DNA of 64,000 nt from contig OZ241918.1 in NCBI GenBank assembly GCA_965203915.1, forward strand, positions 430,642-494,641, written 5' to 3'. This document shows, piece after piece, positions 52,206-61,991 of the stretch. The DNA is from Alphaproteobacteria bacterium (GTDB lineage Bacteria; Pseudomonadota; Alphaproteobacteria; JASGCL01). Made by a program: the position numbers and the translations under genes. The stretch's first letter is position 1, and each line of letters starts with the position of its first letter. Below the pieces are notes generated by a model. That model had not been told where the DNA came from and made no database searches. It saw nothing but the letters and a program-made list of their open reading frames with translations.

Positions 52206-53039
52206 ATGAATTATTTTCAATCTATTATTTTGGGCCTGGTCGAGGGTATCACCGAATATCTACCCGTTAGTTCGACGGGGCATCTTATCCTTACCCAAAA
52301 ATTATTGGGCATCGAAGAAAATGCGGTGAACAATGCTTACATCATTGCTATCCAAGGGGGAGCCATTTTGGCGGTGTTGACATTATACCGCCACCGTTTT
52401 TGGCAATTATTAAGTGGTTTGTTGGCGCGCGACCGCCAAGGTTTTATATTGTTAAGAAATTTGTTGGTGGCTTTTTTACCCGCCGCGGTGTTGGGGGTGT
52501 TGTTTGATAAAAAAATTGAAACATATTTGTTTGGCATGTGGCCCGTGGTGGTGGCGTGGATTGCGGGTGGGGTGGTTATATTGTTGTTGCCCGCGCAATA
52601 TCGCATGAAAAAAGGCACGATAGAAAAATTAACTTGGCGGCAATCATTGTTGATAGGTTTCATACAATGTATGGCCATGTGGCCTGGGGTCAGCCGCAGC
52701 CTGGCCACCATGTTGGGCGGGGTGTTGGTTGGTTTGGGGTTGAGCGCGGCGATAGAATTTTCATTTTTGTTGGGGGTGATAACCCTTACCGCGGCGTCGG
52801 GTTTTAAATTGTTACAACATGGCCATGAATTATTGGCGCAAAATGATTGGGGCGTTTTGTTGGCGGGGTTCGTGATGTCATTCATAACCGCCTGGGCGGC
52901 GGTGAAATGGCTGGTTGGTTATTTGCAAAAACATGACCTAACTATTTTTGCATGGTGGCGCATATTGTTGGGGGCGGGCATAGCCGCCGCGATGGTATTG
53001 CACATTCTAGCCGCCGCGATGGTATTGCACCTTATGTAA
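52206..53039 (+). CDS. uppP: Undecaprenyl-diphosphatase
   Basis: N-terminus MNYFQSIILGLVEGITEYLPVSSTGHLIL. ORF extends to 52176. Confidence 0.9.
   Translation: MNYFQSIILGLVEGITEYLPVSSTGHLILTQKLLGIEENAVNNAYIIAIQGGAILAVLTLYRHRFWQLLSGLLARDRQGFILLRNLLVAFLPAAVLGVLFDKKIETYLFGMWPVVVAWIAGGVVILLLPAQYRMKKGTIEKLTWRQSLLIGFIQCMAMWPGVSRSLATMLGGVLVGLGLSAAIEFSFLLGVITLTAASGFKLLQHGHELLAQNDWGVLLAGFVMSFITAWAAVKWLVGYLQKHDLTIFAWWRILLGAGIAAAMVLHILAAAMVLHLM
52982..53035 (+). repeat. 27-bp in-frame tandem duplication at the uppP 3' end (encodes LAAAMVLHI/LAAAMVLHL)
   Basis: Read directly: tagccgccgcgatggtattgcac repeated with a 27-nt period. Confidence 0.85.
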
Positions 53040-53192
53040 TGGCGCGGGGATAATGGCTGGGTATGGCGTGCTGGCGGAGGTGGCCTTGCTTATTGCTTCG
53101 CTTGAAGTTTCAGGGATAATTCTCACTATCTACAAACAATTTCTTTGCTTTGTTTGCTCATTAAATAATTGTCCCTTGGTCAGTTAATTACC

Positions 53193-54284
53193 CTACTCCA
53201 ACGGCGGGGGCGGGCCGTCTTCTTCGCCTGGCATCATCGGTTCTTCCAACATGTTTTCAGAAATTTTTTCTGATTTTTCTTTTATCTGCGCTTCAATTTT
53301 TTTGCAGGCATCGGGATTGTTTTTCAAAAACGCCCGCACCGCTTCGCGCCCCTGGCCAATACGTTCTTCGCCATAAGAAAACCATGCGCCCGATTTTTCT
53401 ATAACCCCCGCGGCTAGGCCAAGGTCGATAACCTCCCCAACGCGCGAAATACCTTCGCCATATAAAATATCAAATTCAACAATGCGAAACGGCGGCGCAA
53501 CTTTGTTCTTCACCACCTTAACCTTGGTTTGGTTGCCAATCACCACATCGCCATGTTTCACCGCGCCAATGCGCCGAATATCCAACCGCACCGAAGCGTA
53601 AAATTTTAACGCGTTGCCGCCCGTGGTGGTTTCGGGGCTGCCGTAACCCATGGTGCCAATTTTCATACGAATTTGGTTGATAAAAATAATCATCGAATTG
53701 GATTTGTGTATTGTGCCCGTCAATTTGCGCAACGCCTGGCTCATCAATCGTGCTTGGGTGCCCACTTGCACATCGCCCATTTCGCCTTCCAATTCGGCGC
53801 GTGGCACCAACGCCGCCACCGAATCGATCACCAACACATCAACCGCCGACGACCGCACCAAGGTATCGGCAATTTCCAAAGCCTGCTCCCCCGTGTCGGG
53901 TTGCGATATCAACATTTCATCAATATTAACACCAAGTTTTTTGGCGTAGGATGGATCCAGCGCATGTTCGGCATCGATGAAGGCGACTTGGCCGCCTTGC
54001 TTTTGAGCCTCCGCCAATACATGCAATGCCAAAGTGGTTTTACCCGAACTTTCAGGGCCGTAAATTTCGATGACGCGACCTTTCGGTAAGCCGCCAACCC
54101 CCAAAGCAATATCCAAATTCAACGAACCCGTTGATATAACCGCAATATTTTCTTGTTGCTTGGCACCAAGCTTCATGATGCTACCCTTGCCAAAGTTGCG
54201 CTCAATCTGGCTGAGGGCCGCGCTTAAGGCTTTTGATTTTTCAGGTGATAAATTTCCAGCGCTGGTTTTGGTTTCTTTTGCCAT
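53193..54284 (-). CDS. recA: Recombinase A
   Basis: 363 aa. Walker [10 protein letters not shown]. ..IDSVAAL.. and ..[15 protein letters not shown].. motifs. Confidence 0.96.
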   Translation of the reverse strand: MAKETKTSAGNLSPEKSKALSAALSQIERNFGKGSIMKLGAKQQENIAVISTGSLNLDIALGVGGLPKGRVIEIYGPESSGKTTLALHVLAEAQKQGGQVAFIDAEHALDPSYAKKLGVNIDEMLISQPDTGEQALEIADTLVRSSAVDVLVIDSVAALVPRAELEGEMGDVQVGTQARLMSQALRKLTGTIHKSNSMIIFINQIRMKIGTMGYGSPETTTGGNALKFYASVRLDIRRIGAVKHGDVVIGNQTKVKVVKNKVAPPFRIVEFDILYGEGISRVGEVIDLGLAAGVIEKSGAWFSYGEERIGQGREAVRAFLKNNPDACKKIEAQIKEKSEKISENMLEEPMMPGEEDGPPPPLE

Positions 54285-54344
54285 TTGAATTGCTCCTTTA
54301 TAAAAATACCATGAATGATTTACATCAACAAGGCAAATTGTTTT

Positions 54345-54875
54345 TTATTTTGTAAATTCTATAACCGCATCAATCTCGACCACTGCATTTAATGGCAAAG
54401 ATTCCACGCCAACCGCAAACCTTGCATGTTTGCCCGCCTCACCAAATATTTTTTCCATTAATTCTGACGCCCCGTTGATAACCTTGGGGTGTTCGGTAAA
54501 ATCTTCGCAACAGGCAACAAACCCGCCCAATTTGACAATTTGTTTAACCCGCGACAAATCGCCCAAGGCAGCCTTGGTTTGCGCCAAAATATTAATGGCG
54601 CATAATTTTGCCGCGGCAACGGCATCCTCAACCGTGGCATCCTCCCCCACGATACCCGTTTGCGCAATTTTGCCATCGACCATATTTAATTGCCCCGATA
54701 TAAAAAGCAAATTGCCCGTCATGACAAATGGCACGTAGGCCGCCACGGGTTTGGCGGGGGTGGGCAGGGTGATACCCAGTTCAGATAATTTTTGTTCGGG
54801 TGATGGTTGTCCAGTTGAAATCATGGTTTTTAATGTAAAGCGATTCAAAAAATAACGCAAGAAATTTTTGGCCAT
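54345..54875 (-). CDS. ridA: RidA/YjgF/L-PSP family protein (probable start near 54824)
   Basis: C-terminal ..ARFAVGVESLPLNAVVEIDAVIE.. typical of RidA. Confidence 0.75.
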   Translation of the reverse strand: MAKNFLRYFLNRFTLKTMISTGQPSPEQKLSELGITLPTPAKPVAAYVPFVMTGNLLFISGQLNMVDGKIAQTGIVGEDATVEDAVAAAKLCAINILAQTKAALGDLSRVKQIVKLGGFVACCEDFTEHPKVINGASELMEKIFGEAGKHARFAVGVESLPLNAVVEIDAVIEFTK

Positions 54876-54997
54876 CGGCCATAATAAAATTGCATAGCAA
54901 TAAAAAAAATATGCTGGAGCACAACGGCTGGTAATTTAAGAAAATTGTTGCTATAAAAATTATCATGACAAGGTTGCAGCCCCAAAATTATCTATCC

Positions 54998-55879
54998 ATG
55001 TTGCGTGGCTTCATGCCCGCCCTGGTTACGCCGTTTGATAACAATGGCGCGGTGGATGAAAAATGCTTTGCCAATTTTGTTGAATGGCAAATCGCCGCGG
55101 GCAGTCGCGCCCTGGTGCCCGTTGGCACCACGGGGGAAAGCCCCACCCTAAGCCATGATGAACATATTCGGGTGGTTGAATTATGCGTGCAACAAACCGC
55201 GGGGCGTATTCCCGTGATTGCTGGCGCGGGCAGCAATTCAACGCGCGAAGCCATTGAATTGGCAACAAGGGCTGAGGCGGTTGGCGCCGATGCCTTGCTT
55301 GTCGTGGCGCCCTACTACAACAAACCATCGCCCGCGGGCCAGGTTTTGCATTTTACCACCATTGCCCGCGCGGTCAAAATTCCCATCATCCTTTATAATA
55401 TTCCTGGTCGTTCAGTGATAGACATCATGCCCGAAACCATCAAACAAATTCATGACGCCGCGCCCAATGTCATCGGGGTCAAGGACGCCACCAACAATTT
55501 GCCGCGGGCGATGGAACAACGTTTGGCCTTGGGCAATGATTTTATTTTGCTGTCGGGGGAGGATGCCTCCTTCGCCGGATTTTTGGCAATGGGCGGGGTG
55601 GGTTGTATTTCGGTCATCGCCAATGTGGCACCAAAATTATGTGCTGAGATGTTTGATAGTTTTGAAACATCCGACATGCAAAATTTTGCTCGCCTGCGCG
55701 ATATGCTGTTCCCTTTAACCAAAGCATTGTTTTGTGAAAATTCCCCCGCCCCAACCAAATATGCTTTATCATTGTTGGGAAAATGCGGCACCAGCGTGCG
55801 TGCCCCGTTGGTGGAATGTTCCGCCGCGGGTAAAAAAATGGTCGAGGAAGCCATGCGCCACGCGGGCTTGAAGTGGTAG
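54998..55879 (+). CDS. dapA: 4-hydroxy-tetrahydrodipicolinate synthase
   Basis: MPALVTPFDNNGAVDE..GSRALVPVGTTGESPTL. ORF extends to 54965. Confidence 0.92.
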   Translation: MLRGFMPALVTPFDNNGAVDEKCFANFVEWQIAAGSRALVPVGTTGESPTLSHDEHIRVVELCVQQTAGRIPVIAGAGSNSTREAIELATRAEAVGADALLVVAPYYNKPSPAGQVLHFTTIARAVKIPIILYNIPGRSVIDIMPETIKQIHDAAPNVIGVKDATNNLPRAMEQRLALGNDFILLSGEDASFAGFLAMGGVGCISVIANVAPKLCAEMFDSFETSDMQNFARLRDMLFPLTKALFCENSPAPTKYALSLLGKCGTSVRAPLVECSAAGKKMVEEAMRHAGLKW

Positions 55880-55994
55880 GTTACGGTCGCGACCCCCAGC
55901 CACGACCGCAACCTGGGCTTGGAATGACATCCAGGCAAAAACATATTGCCCGCGCCGACGATGGAGTGATAAGGCATAATAGAGCAAAAAAATC

Positions 55995-56480
55995 ATGAGC
56001 AAAAAAGCAACCAAGCAACAACATTATATAAGCCATGGGCGAGTCGCCGAAAATCGGCGTGGCCGATTTGATTATGAAATTATTTCTGACCTTATCGCTG
56101 GTTTGGTGTTGAAGGGGTCGGAAGTCAAAGCCCTGCGCCTGGGGCGGTGCAATTTATCCGACAGTTATGCGGGGTTGAAAGATGGCGAAGTTTATTTGTT
56201 CAATGCCAGCATTGGTGATTTTGGCCAGGCGCGCCAAAAACATGAAGAAAAGGCGCATCGCAAATTGTTGCTTACCAAGCAAGAACAAAAACGATTGATA
56301 GGGGCGGTGAAGCGCGATGGTTTAACCCTTATACCACTGGAAATTTTTTTTAATGGCCGCGGCTTTGCCAAGGTAAAATTGGCCTTGGCCAAGGGCAAAA
56401 CCGAAATTGATAAACGCGAAACCATCAAAACCCGCGAATGGAAGAGGCAGCAAGGCCGCGCGGTCAGGCACAAGGTATAG
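55995..56480 (+). CDS. smpB: SsrA-binding protein
   Basis: 161 aa. ..GLVLKGSEVKALR..GEVYLFNASI.. motifs. Confidence 0.92.
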   Translation: MSKKATKQQHYISHGRVAENRRGRFDYEIISDLIAGLVLKGSEVKALRLGRCNLSDSYAGLKDGEVYLFNASIGDFGQARQKHEEKAHRKLLLTKQEQKRLIGAVKRDGLTLIPLEIFFNGRGFAKVKLALAKGKTEIDKRETIKTREWKRQQGRAVRHKV

Positions 56481-56621
56481 TAAAATTGCCGAAAGATTTT
56501 TCCAGGCGCGGGAAATGACATTTTAGCGCGCCACAGCGTTTCATGATTGACAAGGGTTAAGGGCGGCGCGTATCTTGATTCTTAAGGGACTTTGCTACCG
56601 AGAAAAATAAGCGAAGGAACC

Positions 56622-56915
56622 ATGAAAAAATCATTAATGTTGTGTGCCGTGCTTGCCATGATGACATTGCAAGGCTGCTCAACCCAATCTTTTAAAATCA
56701 GCGGCAATGATAGGGCATTTATAAAAGAAAAAAACATGTCGAATTTCTTTATTTACGGCGTTGCCCAAGATGTAGAAATTGATGCCGCGCGCATTTGTGG
56801 CGGGGCAAGCCGCGTTGCTAAGGTGGAATCAAGTTTGGGTGTCCTGAGTGGGATTTTGGGAATGATAACCTTTGGCATTTATGTTCCGCGTGATTACGCT
56901 GTCTATTGCAATTAA
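56622..56915 (+). CDS. Bor/Iss-family lipoprotein (lambda Bor-like)
   Basis: Lipobox LQGC. FFIYGVAQDVEIDAARICGG..V..G.LGMITFGIYVPRDYAVYC matches the Bor family consensus. SD GAAGGA before the ATG. Confidence 0.7.
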   Translation: MKKSLMLCAVLAMMTLQGCSTQSFKISGNDRAFIKEKNMSNFFIYGVAQDVEIDAARICGGASRVAKVESSLGVLSGILGMITFGIYVPRDYAVYCN

Positions 56916-56972
56916 TTCATTGCCAACATAATAAAAATATAATAAAGCAATGAGGGATTAAGGGACAATAAG

Positions 56973-57464
56973 ATGGTAAAAAAATTTATGGGCTTAGTGC
57001 TGGCAACCTTGTTGCTGGGCGGGTCATGTGCTTTGGCCCAGAACGCAACATCGCTTCAACCCGCCGATGAGAAGAAGACTCAAAAAACTTTACCCTATAG
57101 CAGCGACTCATTTTGGAAAGAGATGGCAACCGCCAAAATTTCGGTGGATGCCAAGGCGGAAACCTATCGTGCAAAATTTCCCGATGGCGTAAAGAAATTC
57201 CAAGCGCAAGATATCACCATCAGCGGCTTTATATTGCCGCTGGAATCGACCGAAAAATTTACTCATTTTTTATTAACCAAATGGACGCCAGTTTGCGCCT
57301 ATCATCCGCCAGGGGAACCAACCGAGTTTATGGAGGTCACCATAGACAAACCCATTGCGTGGAGTGAAAAAATGATAAAGGTTCAAGGAACCCTCAACAT
57401 GGTGGAAGAACAGTCCCAGGGTATGTTCTTTCAATTAAAAAACGCCAAGGTTCTGCAATATTAG
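56973..57464 (+). CDS. DUF3299-like periplasmic protein, partnered with an ABC exporter
   Basis: 163 aa with a signal peptide. Sits immediately upstream of ABC ATPase plus FtsX-like permease genes. Confidence 0.5.
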   Translation: MVKKFMGLVLATLLLGGSCALAQNATSLQPADEKKTQKTLPYSSDSFWKEMATAKISVDAKAETYRAKFPDGVKKFQAQDITISGFILPLESTEKFTHFLLTKWTPVCAYHPPGEPTEFMEVTIDKPIAWSEKMIKVQGTLNMVEEQSQGMFFQLKNAKVLQY

Positions 57465-57475
57465 AATATTAAAAA

Positions 57476-58150
57476 ATGCTGGCAATCAAAAACCTTTCGG
57501 TAGGCCACGGTAAAAAAACAGTGGCGACGGTCAAGGATTTTTCTTTGAACAGCGGGCAACATGGTTTGATATTGGGCCCTTCGGGTTCGGGTAAAAGCAC
57601 CTTACTCTACACCATGGCGGGGTTGCTACCCATCATGGCTACAGGCAAGCAACAAAGTGATACATCGTTATTCATCGACGGTGTCAACCTCGCCACCATG
57701 GCGCCAGCCATGATAGAATCGTTCCGTGGCAAGAAAATTGGCGTGATATATCAGTCCTTGTATTTAATGAGGTCGCTAACCGTGTTGGAAAATCTGCTGG
57801 TGGTGTTCTACGCGGCACAAATTAAAAATACCCATGCCAAGGTTGATAAGCAAGCCGCCAAAAAATTTGCGATGGAATTGTTGCAAGCGGTGGGGATAGA
57901 AAATTTGGCAGAGCAAAAACCCGACCAGTTAAGCCTTGGGCAACAACAACGCGTTGCCATTGCGCGGGCGGCGGTGCACCAACCGCGTATTATTTTTGGC
58001 GACGAACCTACCTCGGCTCTTGATGACGCATCCTGTCATGATGCTATGAAATTGTTGCTAAGGGTCGCCAGCGATGCCAAAGCCAGTTTGGTGGTGGCAA
58101 CGCACGACGCGCGGATAAAAAAATATTTTGATAAAACCATCAATTTGTAA
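57476..58150 (+). CDS. ABC transporter ATP-binding protein (MacB/LolD-like)
   Basis: Walker [10 protein letters not shown], signature [14 protein letters not shown], Walker [13 protein letters not shown]. Confidence 0.88.
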   Translation: MLAIKNLSVGHGKKTVATVKDFSLNSGQHGLILGPSGSGKSTLLYTMAGLLPIMATGKQQSDTSLFIDGVNLATMAPAMIESFRGKKIGVIYQSLYLMRSLTVLENLLVVFYAAQIKNTHAKVDKQAAKKFAMELLQAVGIENLAEQKPDQLSLGQQQRVAIARAAVHQPRIIFGDEPTSALDDASCHDAMKLLLRVASDAKASLVVATHDARIKKYFDKTINL

Positions 58151-58172
58151 ATAATATTGTATAAGGCTTCTC

Positions 58173-59387
58173 ATGCTCTCCAGCTTTAAAATTATTTTTT
58201 CTTATATTCTTTACCGACCGTTTTATTACGCGTTGCAAGTTTTAACCTTCGCGACTGGCGTTGGGTTGATAGTTGGGTTGTTGTTAACCCAATCGCAATT
58301 GGGCAAACAATTTACCAACAACCTGGCGGGGATACAATTGGTTGTTGGCGCGAAAGGCAGTCCGATGCAGATTATTTTGTCATCGGTTTTTCAACTTGAT
58401 ATTCCCACGGGCAATATTTCATTACAGGAAGTTAATCAATTAACCAGCAAGCCCATGACGCGAGCTTTGATAAAACAATCCATACCTTTGGCATTTGGCG
58501 ATAATTACCAAACGGCAAGGATTGTTGGCACCACACCAGATTATGTGAACCTCTATCATGGGCAATTGGCAAGTGGTGCGATGTTTCAAAATAATTTGGA
58601 AGTTGTGGTGGGGGCCGATGTCGCCGCCAGGACGAAATTAAAATTGGGTGATGTTTTTGCTGGCAGTCACGGCATCGTGCCGACGGGCATCAATGACGAA
58701 GTTCATATCGCCACCCCCTATCAAGTTGTCGGTATTTTACGTAAAAATGACACGGTGTTGGATAGGCTGATATTGACCCCCATGTCATCGGTTTGGACAG
58801 TGCATGAACATGACGCGGCGAAGGAACATCGCGCCATCATGCCGCGAGAGATTACCGCCTTGCTTATTACCTATCAATCGCCGTTGGGGGCGGCGACGAT
58901 GCCGCGTATGGTTAACGATTACAAAACATTGCAGGCCGCCAACCCAGCATTCGAAATTGCACGGCTTATCAATTTCATGGGTTTTGGCACCAACGCTATC
59001 ATATCTTTGGGATATTTTTTGATGGTGCTGGCGGGGATAGGCATGATGTCATCGCTTATTCAGGCTTTGCGCGAACGGCAATATGATTGGGCATTGTTGC
59101 GCAGTTTGGGTATGGGCCGCGTAAAATTGGTTTCTTTAATCTTGGGTGAGGCATTGTTAATTGCCGCCCTGGGCGCGGTGGGCGGGTTGTTGCTTGGCCA
59201 TGTTTTTTATGGTGTGGTTTCTTATTTCTTATCGGCCAGCCGCTATATCAACCTTGATAATTTGGCCTTCCTGCCCCAAGAATTATGGGTGATGGGGTTT
59301 GCACTTTTGATTGGCTTGGTGGCGGCGATTTTCCCCGCCTATCGCCTTTATCGCGCCGATGTTATTAACTTATTGATAAAGAAATAA
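58173..59387 (+). CDS. ABC transporter permease, FtsX/MacB family
   Basis: 404 aa. N-terminal TM, large periplasmic domain, C-terminal 3 TM (FtsX topology). Confidence 0.8.
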   Translation: MLSSFKIIFSYILYRPFYYALQVLTFATGVGLIVGLLLTQSQLGKQFTNNLAGIQLVVGAKGSPMQIILSSVFQLDIPTGNISLQEVNQLTSKPMTRALIKQSIPLAFGDNYQTARIVGTTPDYVNLYHGQLASGAMFQNNLEVVVGADVAARTKLKLGDVFAGSHGIVPTGINDEVHIATPYQVVGILRKNDTVLDRLILTPMSSVWTVHEHDAAKEHRAIMPREITALLITYQSPLGAATMPRMVNDYKTLQAANPAFEIARLINFMGFGTNAIISLGYFLMVLAGIGMMSSLIQALRERQYDWALLRSLGMGRVKLVSLILGEALLIAALGAVGGLLLGHVFYGVVSYFLSASRYINLDNLAFLPQELWVMGFALLIGLVAAIFPAYRLYRADVINLLIKK

Positions 59388-59421
59388 AAATAATTTTTTT
59401 GGCGTGCAACCAAGATCGTTT

Positions 59422-60606
59422 TTAGCTAACGAATTTTTTTACCAAAGCCATGGCTTGCTCAATATCATCATCGGCGCAACTGTAGGAAAAACGAATGTAG
59501 CCTTCGCCATGAATGCCAAATGTGTCGCCTGGCGTGGTGGCCACTCCCGATTCCTCTAACAATTTGGTGTGCCAAGAACTGCTGTTGCCACCCTTGGCGG
59601 CGATTAATTTTTTTATATTGGCAAAGGCAAAAAAGGATCCGCGCGGCAAGCCCACCGAAAAATGGGGAATGTCATTAATAAGCTCGACCATGCGTTTTCG
59701 CCTTACGTCGAAATGTTGGCGCATTTTTTCGACCGATGATTGGTCACCATCCAACGCGGCAATACCCGCAAATTGGGTGGGGGCGTTAACACAAGAAAAA
59801 ATATTGACCCCAAAACGCGTGGCGCGATTGATAAGGCTTTCGGGCCAAACGCTAAACCCCAACCGCCAACCCGTCATGGCGTAAGTTTTTGACACCGCGT
59901 CCAACAATATCAATTGGTCATAGATTTCGGGGTATTGCAAAAAACTTACATGGTGAGCATCGTCATAAATCAAACGCGAATAAACCTCATCCGCCAACAA
60001 CATAACATGGGGGAAATTTTTTAACCCCGCCACCAATTTTTCAATTTCTTGTTTTGCCAACACGCCGCCCGTGGGGTTGGCGGGGTTGTTGACAATGATT
60101 AACCGCGTGCGTGCGTTGCAACGTTGTAAAATATCTTCGGCCGAAAAAGAAAAATTGTTTTCTTCCAGCAATGGAACATCAACCGCGGTTGAACCCACAT
60201 AATCTATCAGCGAACGATAAATAGGGTAGGAAGGGTCAGGATAAATAATTTCGGTGCCCGCGCCGCCAAACATGGTAATGGCCATGAATATCGCCATTTT
60301 TCCCCCTGGCACAACCAACACATTATCGGGTGATATGCTGGCTTGATATTGCCGATGGAAATAACGGGCGACCGATTCGCGCAACGGTATGATACCGCGT
60401 GGGTGGGTATAGCCATGGTGACCATCTCTGATAGCCTTTATCGCGGCTTCGGCAATATGGGGTGCGGTTTTGTAATCGGGTTGCCCAATACTCAGGTTAT
60501 AAATGGTGCGCCCTTTTTTCCTTAATTCTTCAACCCGCGCAGTAATGGAGAAAGCACTTTCGGTGCCCAGCCGTGCAATATTGGGATTGGGGATGGGCTC
60601 GCTCAT
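59422..60606 (-). CDS. Class I/II PLP-dependent aminotransferase (AspC-like)
   Basis: 394 aa, fold-type I aminotransferase layout (..NPANPTGGV.., ..SKTYAMTGWRLG..). Confidence 0.8.
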   Translation of the reverse strand: MSEPIPNPNIARLGTESAFSITARVEELRKKGRTIYNLSIGQPDYKTAPHIAEAAIKAIRDGHHGYTHPRGIIPLRESVARYFHRQYQASISPDNVLVVPGGKMAIFMAITMFGGAGTEIIYPDPSYPIYRSLIDYVGSTAVDVPLLEENNFSFSAEDILQRCNARTRLIIVNNPANPTGGVLAKQEIEKLVAGLKNFPHVMLLADEVYSRLIYDDAHHVSFLQYPEIYDQLILLDAVSKTYAMTGWRLGFSVWPESLINRATRFGVNIFSCVNAPTQFAGIAALDGDQSSVEKMRQHFDVRRKRMVELINDIPHFSVGLPRGSFFAFANIKKLIAAKGGNSSSWHTKLLEESGVATTPGDTFGIHGEGYIRFSYSCADDDIEQAMALVKKFVS

Positions 60607-60952
60607 TTTTTTTTACGTTAGAAAATTTTTTTATCTCTTTATTATATTTTTTATTATTTCGTATTTATCGAAGTATATTGCTTTAAAAAATTTGATAAAT
60701 CAACCTTTTTCTAAAAAAATATTTTTATCTTTATTTATCATTTACTTAAGAAATTACTTGTCCAACCAAATTCTTTGTTTACTAAAGGGATTATACTAAA
60801 ATGATTGGTAATATTTTCTAACAACTTTAGGTATGTATACATTTTTCATTGATATTTCTTCTATTTATAGAAAATACTTCTAAATATACCTATTTAATTG
60901 GTAAATATTATTATTTTATTCTAAAAAATGATTAAAAAGAAGATTTTTTTAC

Positions 60953-60982
60953 TTGCAATATAGAAATGGTTTATTGTATAAT
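60953..60982 (+). promoter_or_regulatory. Candidate sigma70 promoter (TTGCAA-18-TATAAT) in the 490-bp AT-rich region upstream of the OMP gene
   Basis: Read directly; one of several possible promoter matches in an AT-rich tract. Confidence 0.25.
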
Positions 60983-61099
60983 AATCAAAGATACTTTGGT
61001 ATTAAGTTGACAAGGTTGATAAAAATAATTTATTGGTCGGGGCAGGCATAATAAAAAAACAATGATAATCATTAACTAACAAAGCAAAGGTAGACAATC

Positions 61100-61882
61100 A
61101 TGAAAATAAAACCCATATTAAAAAACAGCGTAGCATTATTTGCTTTGATGGTTGGCTTAACGGCGGGCAATGTAGCCCTCGCGCAAGATAAAGAACAAAC
61201 ACAGTTGGTGATGGTCAAGGTCGTCCCCGCAGAAAGGGAAAAGGGCGGTGTTTATATACGCGCTCAAGCCCTAGCGTTGTTTAACGTGCCCTCCTCAGAA
61301 AAATTGGGTAAATTTGCTGGCCTCTCAACCTTATCATTAAGCAACGACATGACGGGCGATAGTTATAATCTAAACCGTAAAACTGGTTATGGTGGCGGGC
61401 TTAGGGTGGGTTATGATTTTGGAACATTCTTTGTCGGCGGGGGATTTGATTACATTCGTCAAGACTTCACCACCAACAATTCCTATCTAAGCACCGCGAC
61501 CGATCCGCAACGCGGCACCATCAACAATTACATGGCGGTGGCTGGTTTTGGCGCAAGGGTTGGCAATAATTTTGGTTTTACCTTCGGTGCTGATTATGCC
61601 ATGAATTTTATTAAGGTAAGCGGCCTGGCTGGTGAAGCGAACGATGCCAAATTGGGCAGGGGCGCAGATAGGTTTTTGCCTGATAGCGATAAAGACAGCG
61701 CGGTGGGGTTCCTGCAACATAATATCATTGGCACCTTGCAATTGGATTACACGACGGATAGTTCTATTTCGGTGGGGGCATTCGGCAAATATTATTATGC
61801 CTTCGCCACCAAGAAAGAGGGTTATAGCCTAAGCGCCAACCATAGTTTGGCTGCGGGTGCCTTCCTCGGGTTTACCTTTTAA
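61100..61882 (+). CDS. Outer-membrane beta-barrel protein (OmpA-like/OMP_b-brl family)
   Basis: 260 aa. Signal peptide ending ALA. Alternating amphipathic strands. C-terminal ..GFTF. Confidence 0.7.
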   Translation: MKIKPILKNSVALFALMVGLTAGNVALAQDKEQTQLVMVKVVPAEREKGGVYIRAQALALFNVPSSEKLGKFAGLSTLSLSNDMTGDSYNLNRKTGYGGGLRVGYDFGTFFVGGGFDYIRQDFTTNNSYLSTATDPQRGTINNYMAVAGFGARVGNNFGFTFGADYAMNFIKVSGLAGEANDAKLGRGADRFLPDSDKDSAVGFLQHNIIGTLQLDYTTDSSISVGAFGKYYYAFATKKEGYSLSANHSLAAGAFLGFTF

Positions 61883-61914
61883 GTAATTTACCTGATAAAA
61901 AAATGGCTGGTTTT

Positions 61915-61953
61915 GGCGGGTTAGCATAACCCGCCATCGCCAGTATTTTTTTC
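61915..61953 (+). terminator. Hairpin ggcgggtt-agcat-aacccgcc followed, after 10 nt, by UUUUUUUC
   Basis: Read directly, 32 nt downstream of the OMP stop. Confidence 0.4.
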
Positions 61954-61991
61954 TTGTATTTTATTTTATAGCGAGTCATAATCAGAAAATT

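Noticed and set aside
55995-56600. Looked for tmRNA (ssrA, including the permuted two-piece alphaproteobacterial form) near smpB and in the AT-rich tract 25694-26420
   Set aside because: I found no tRNA-like acceptor/T-arm pair and no Ala-initiated tag-peptide reading frame. I cannot exclude it without a covariance-model search.
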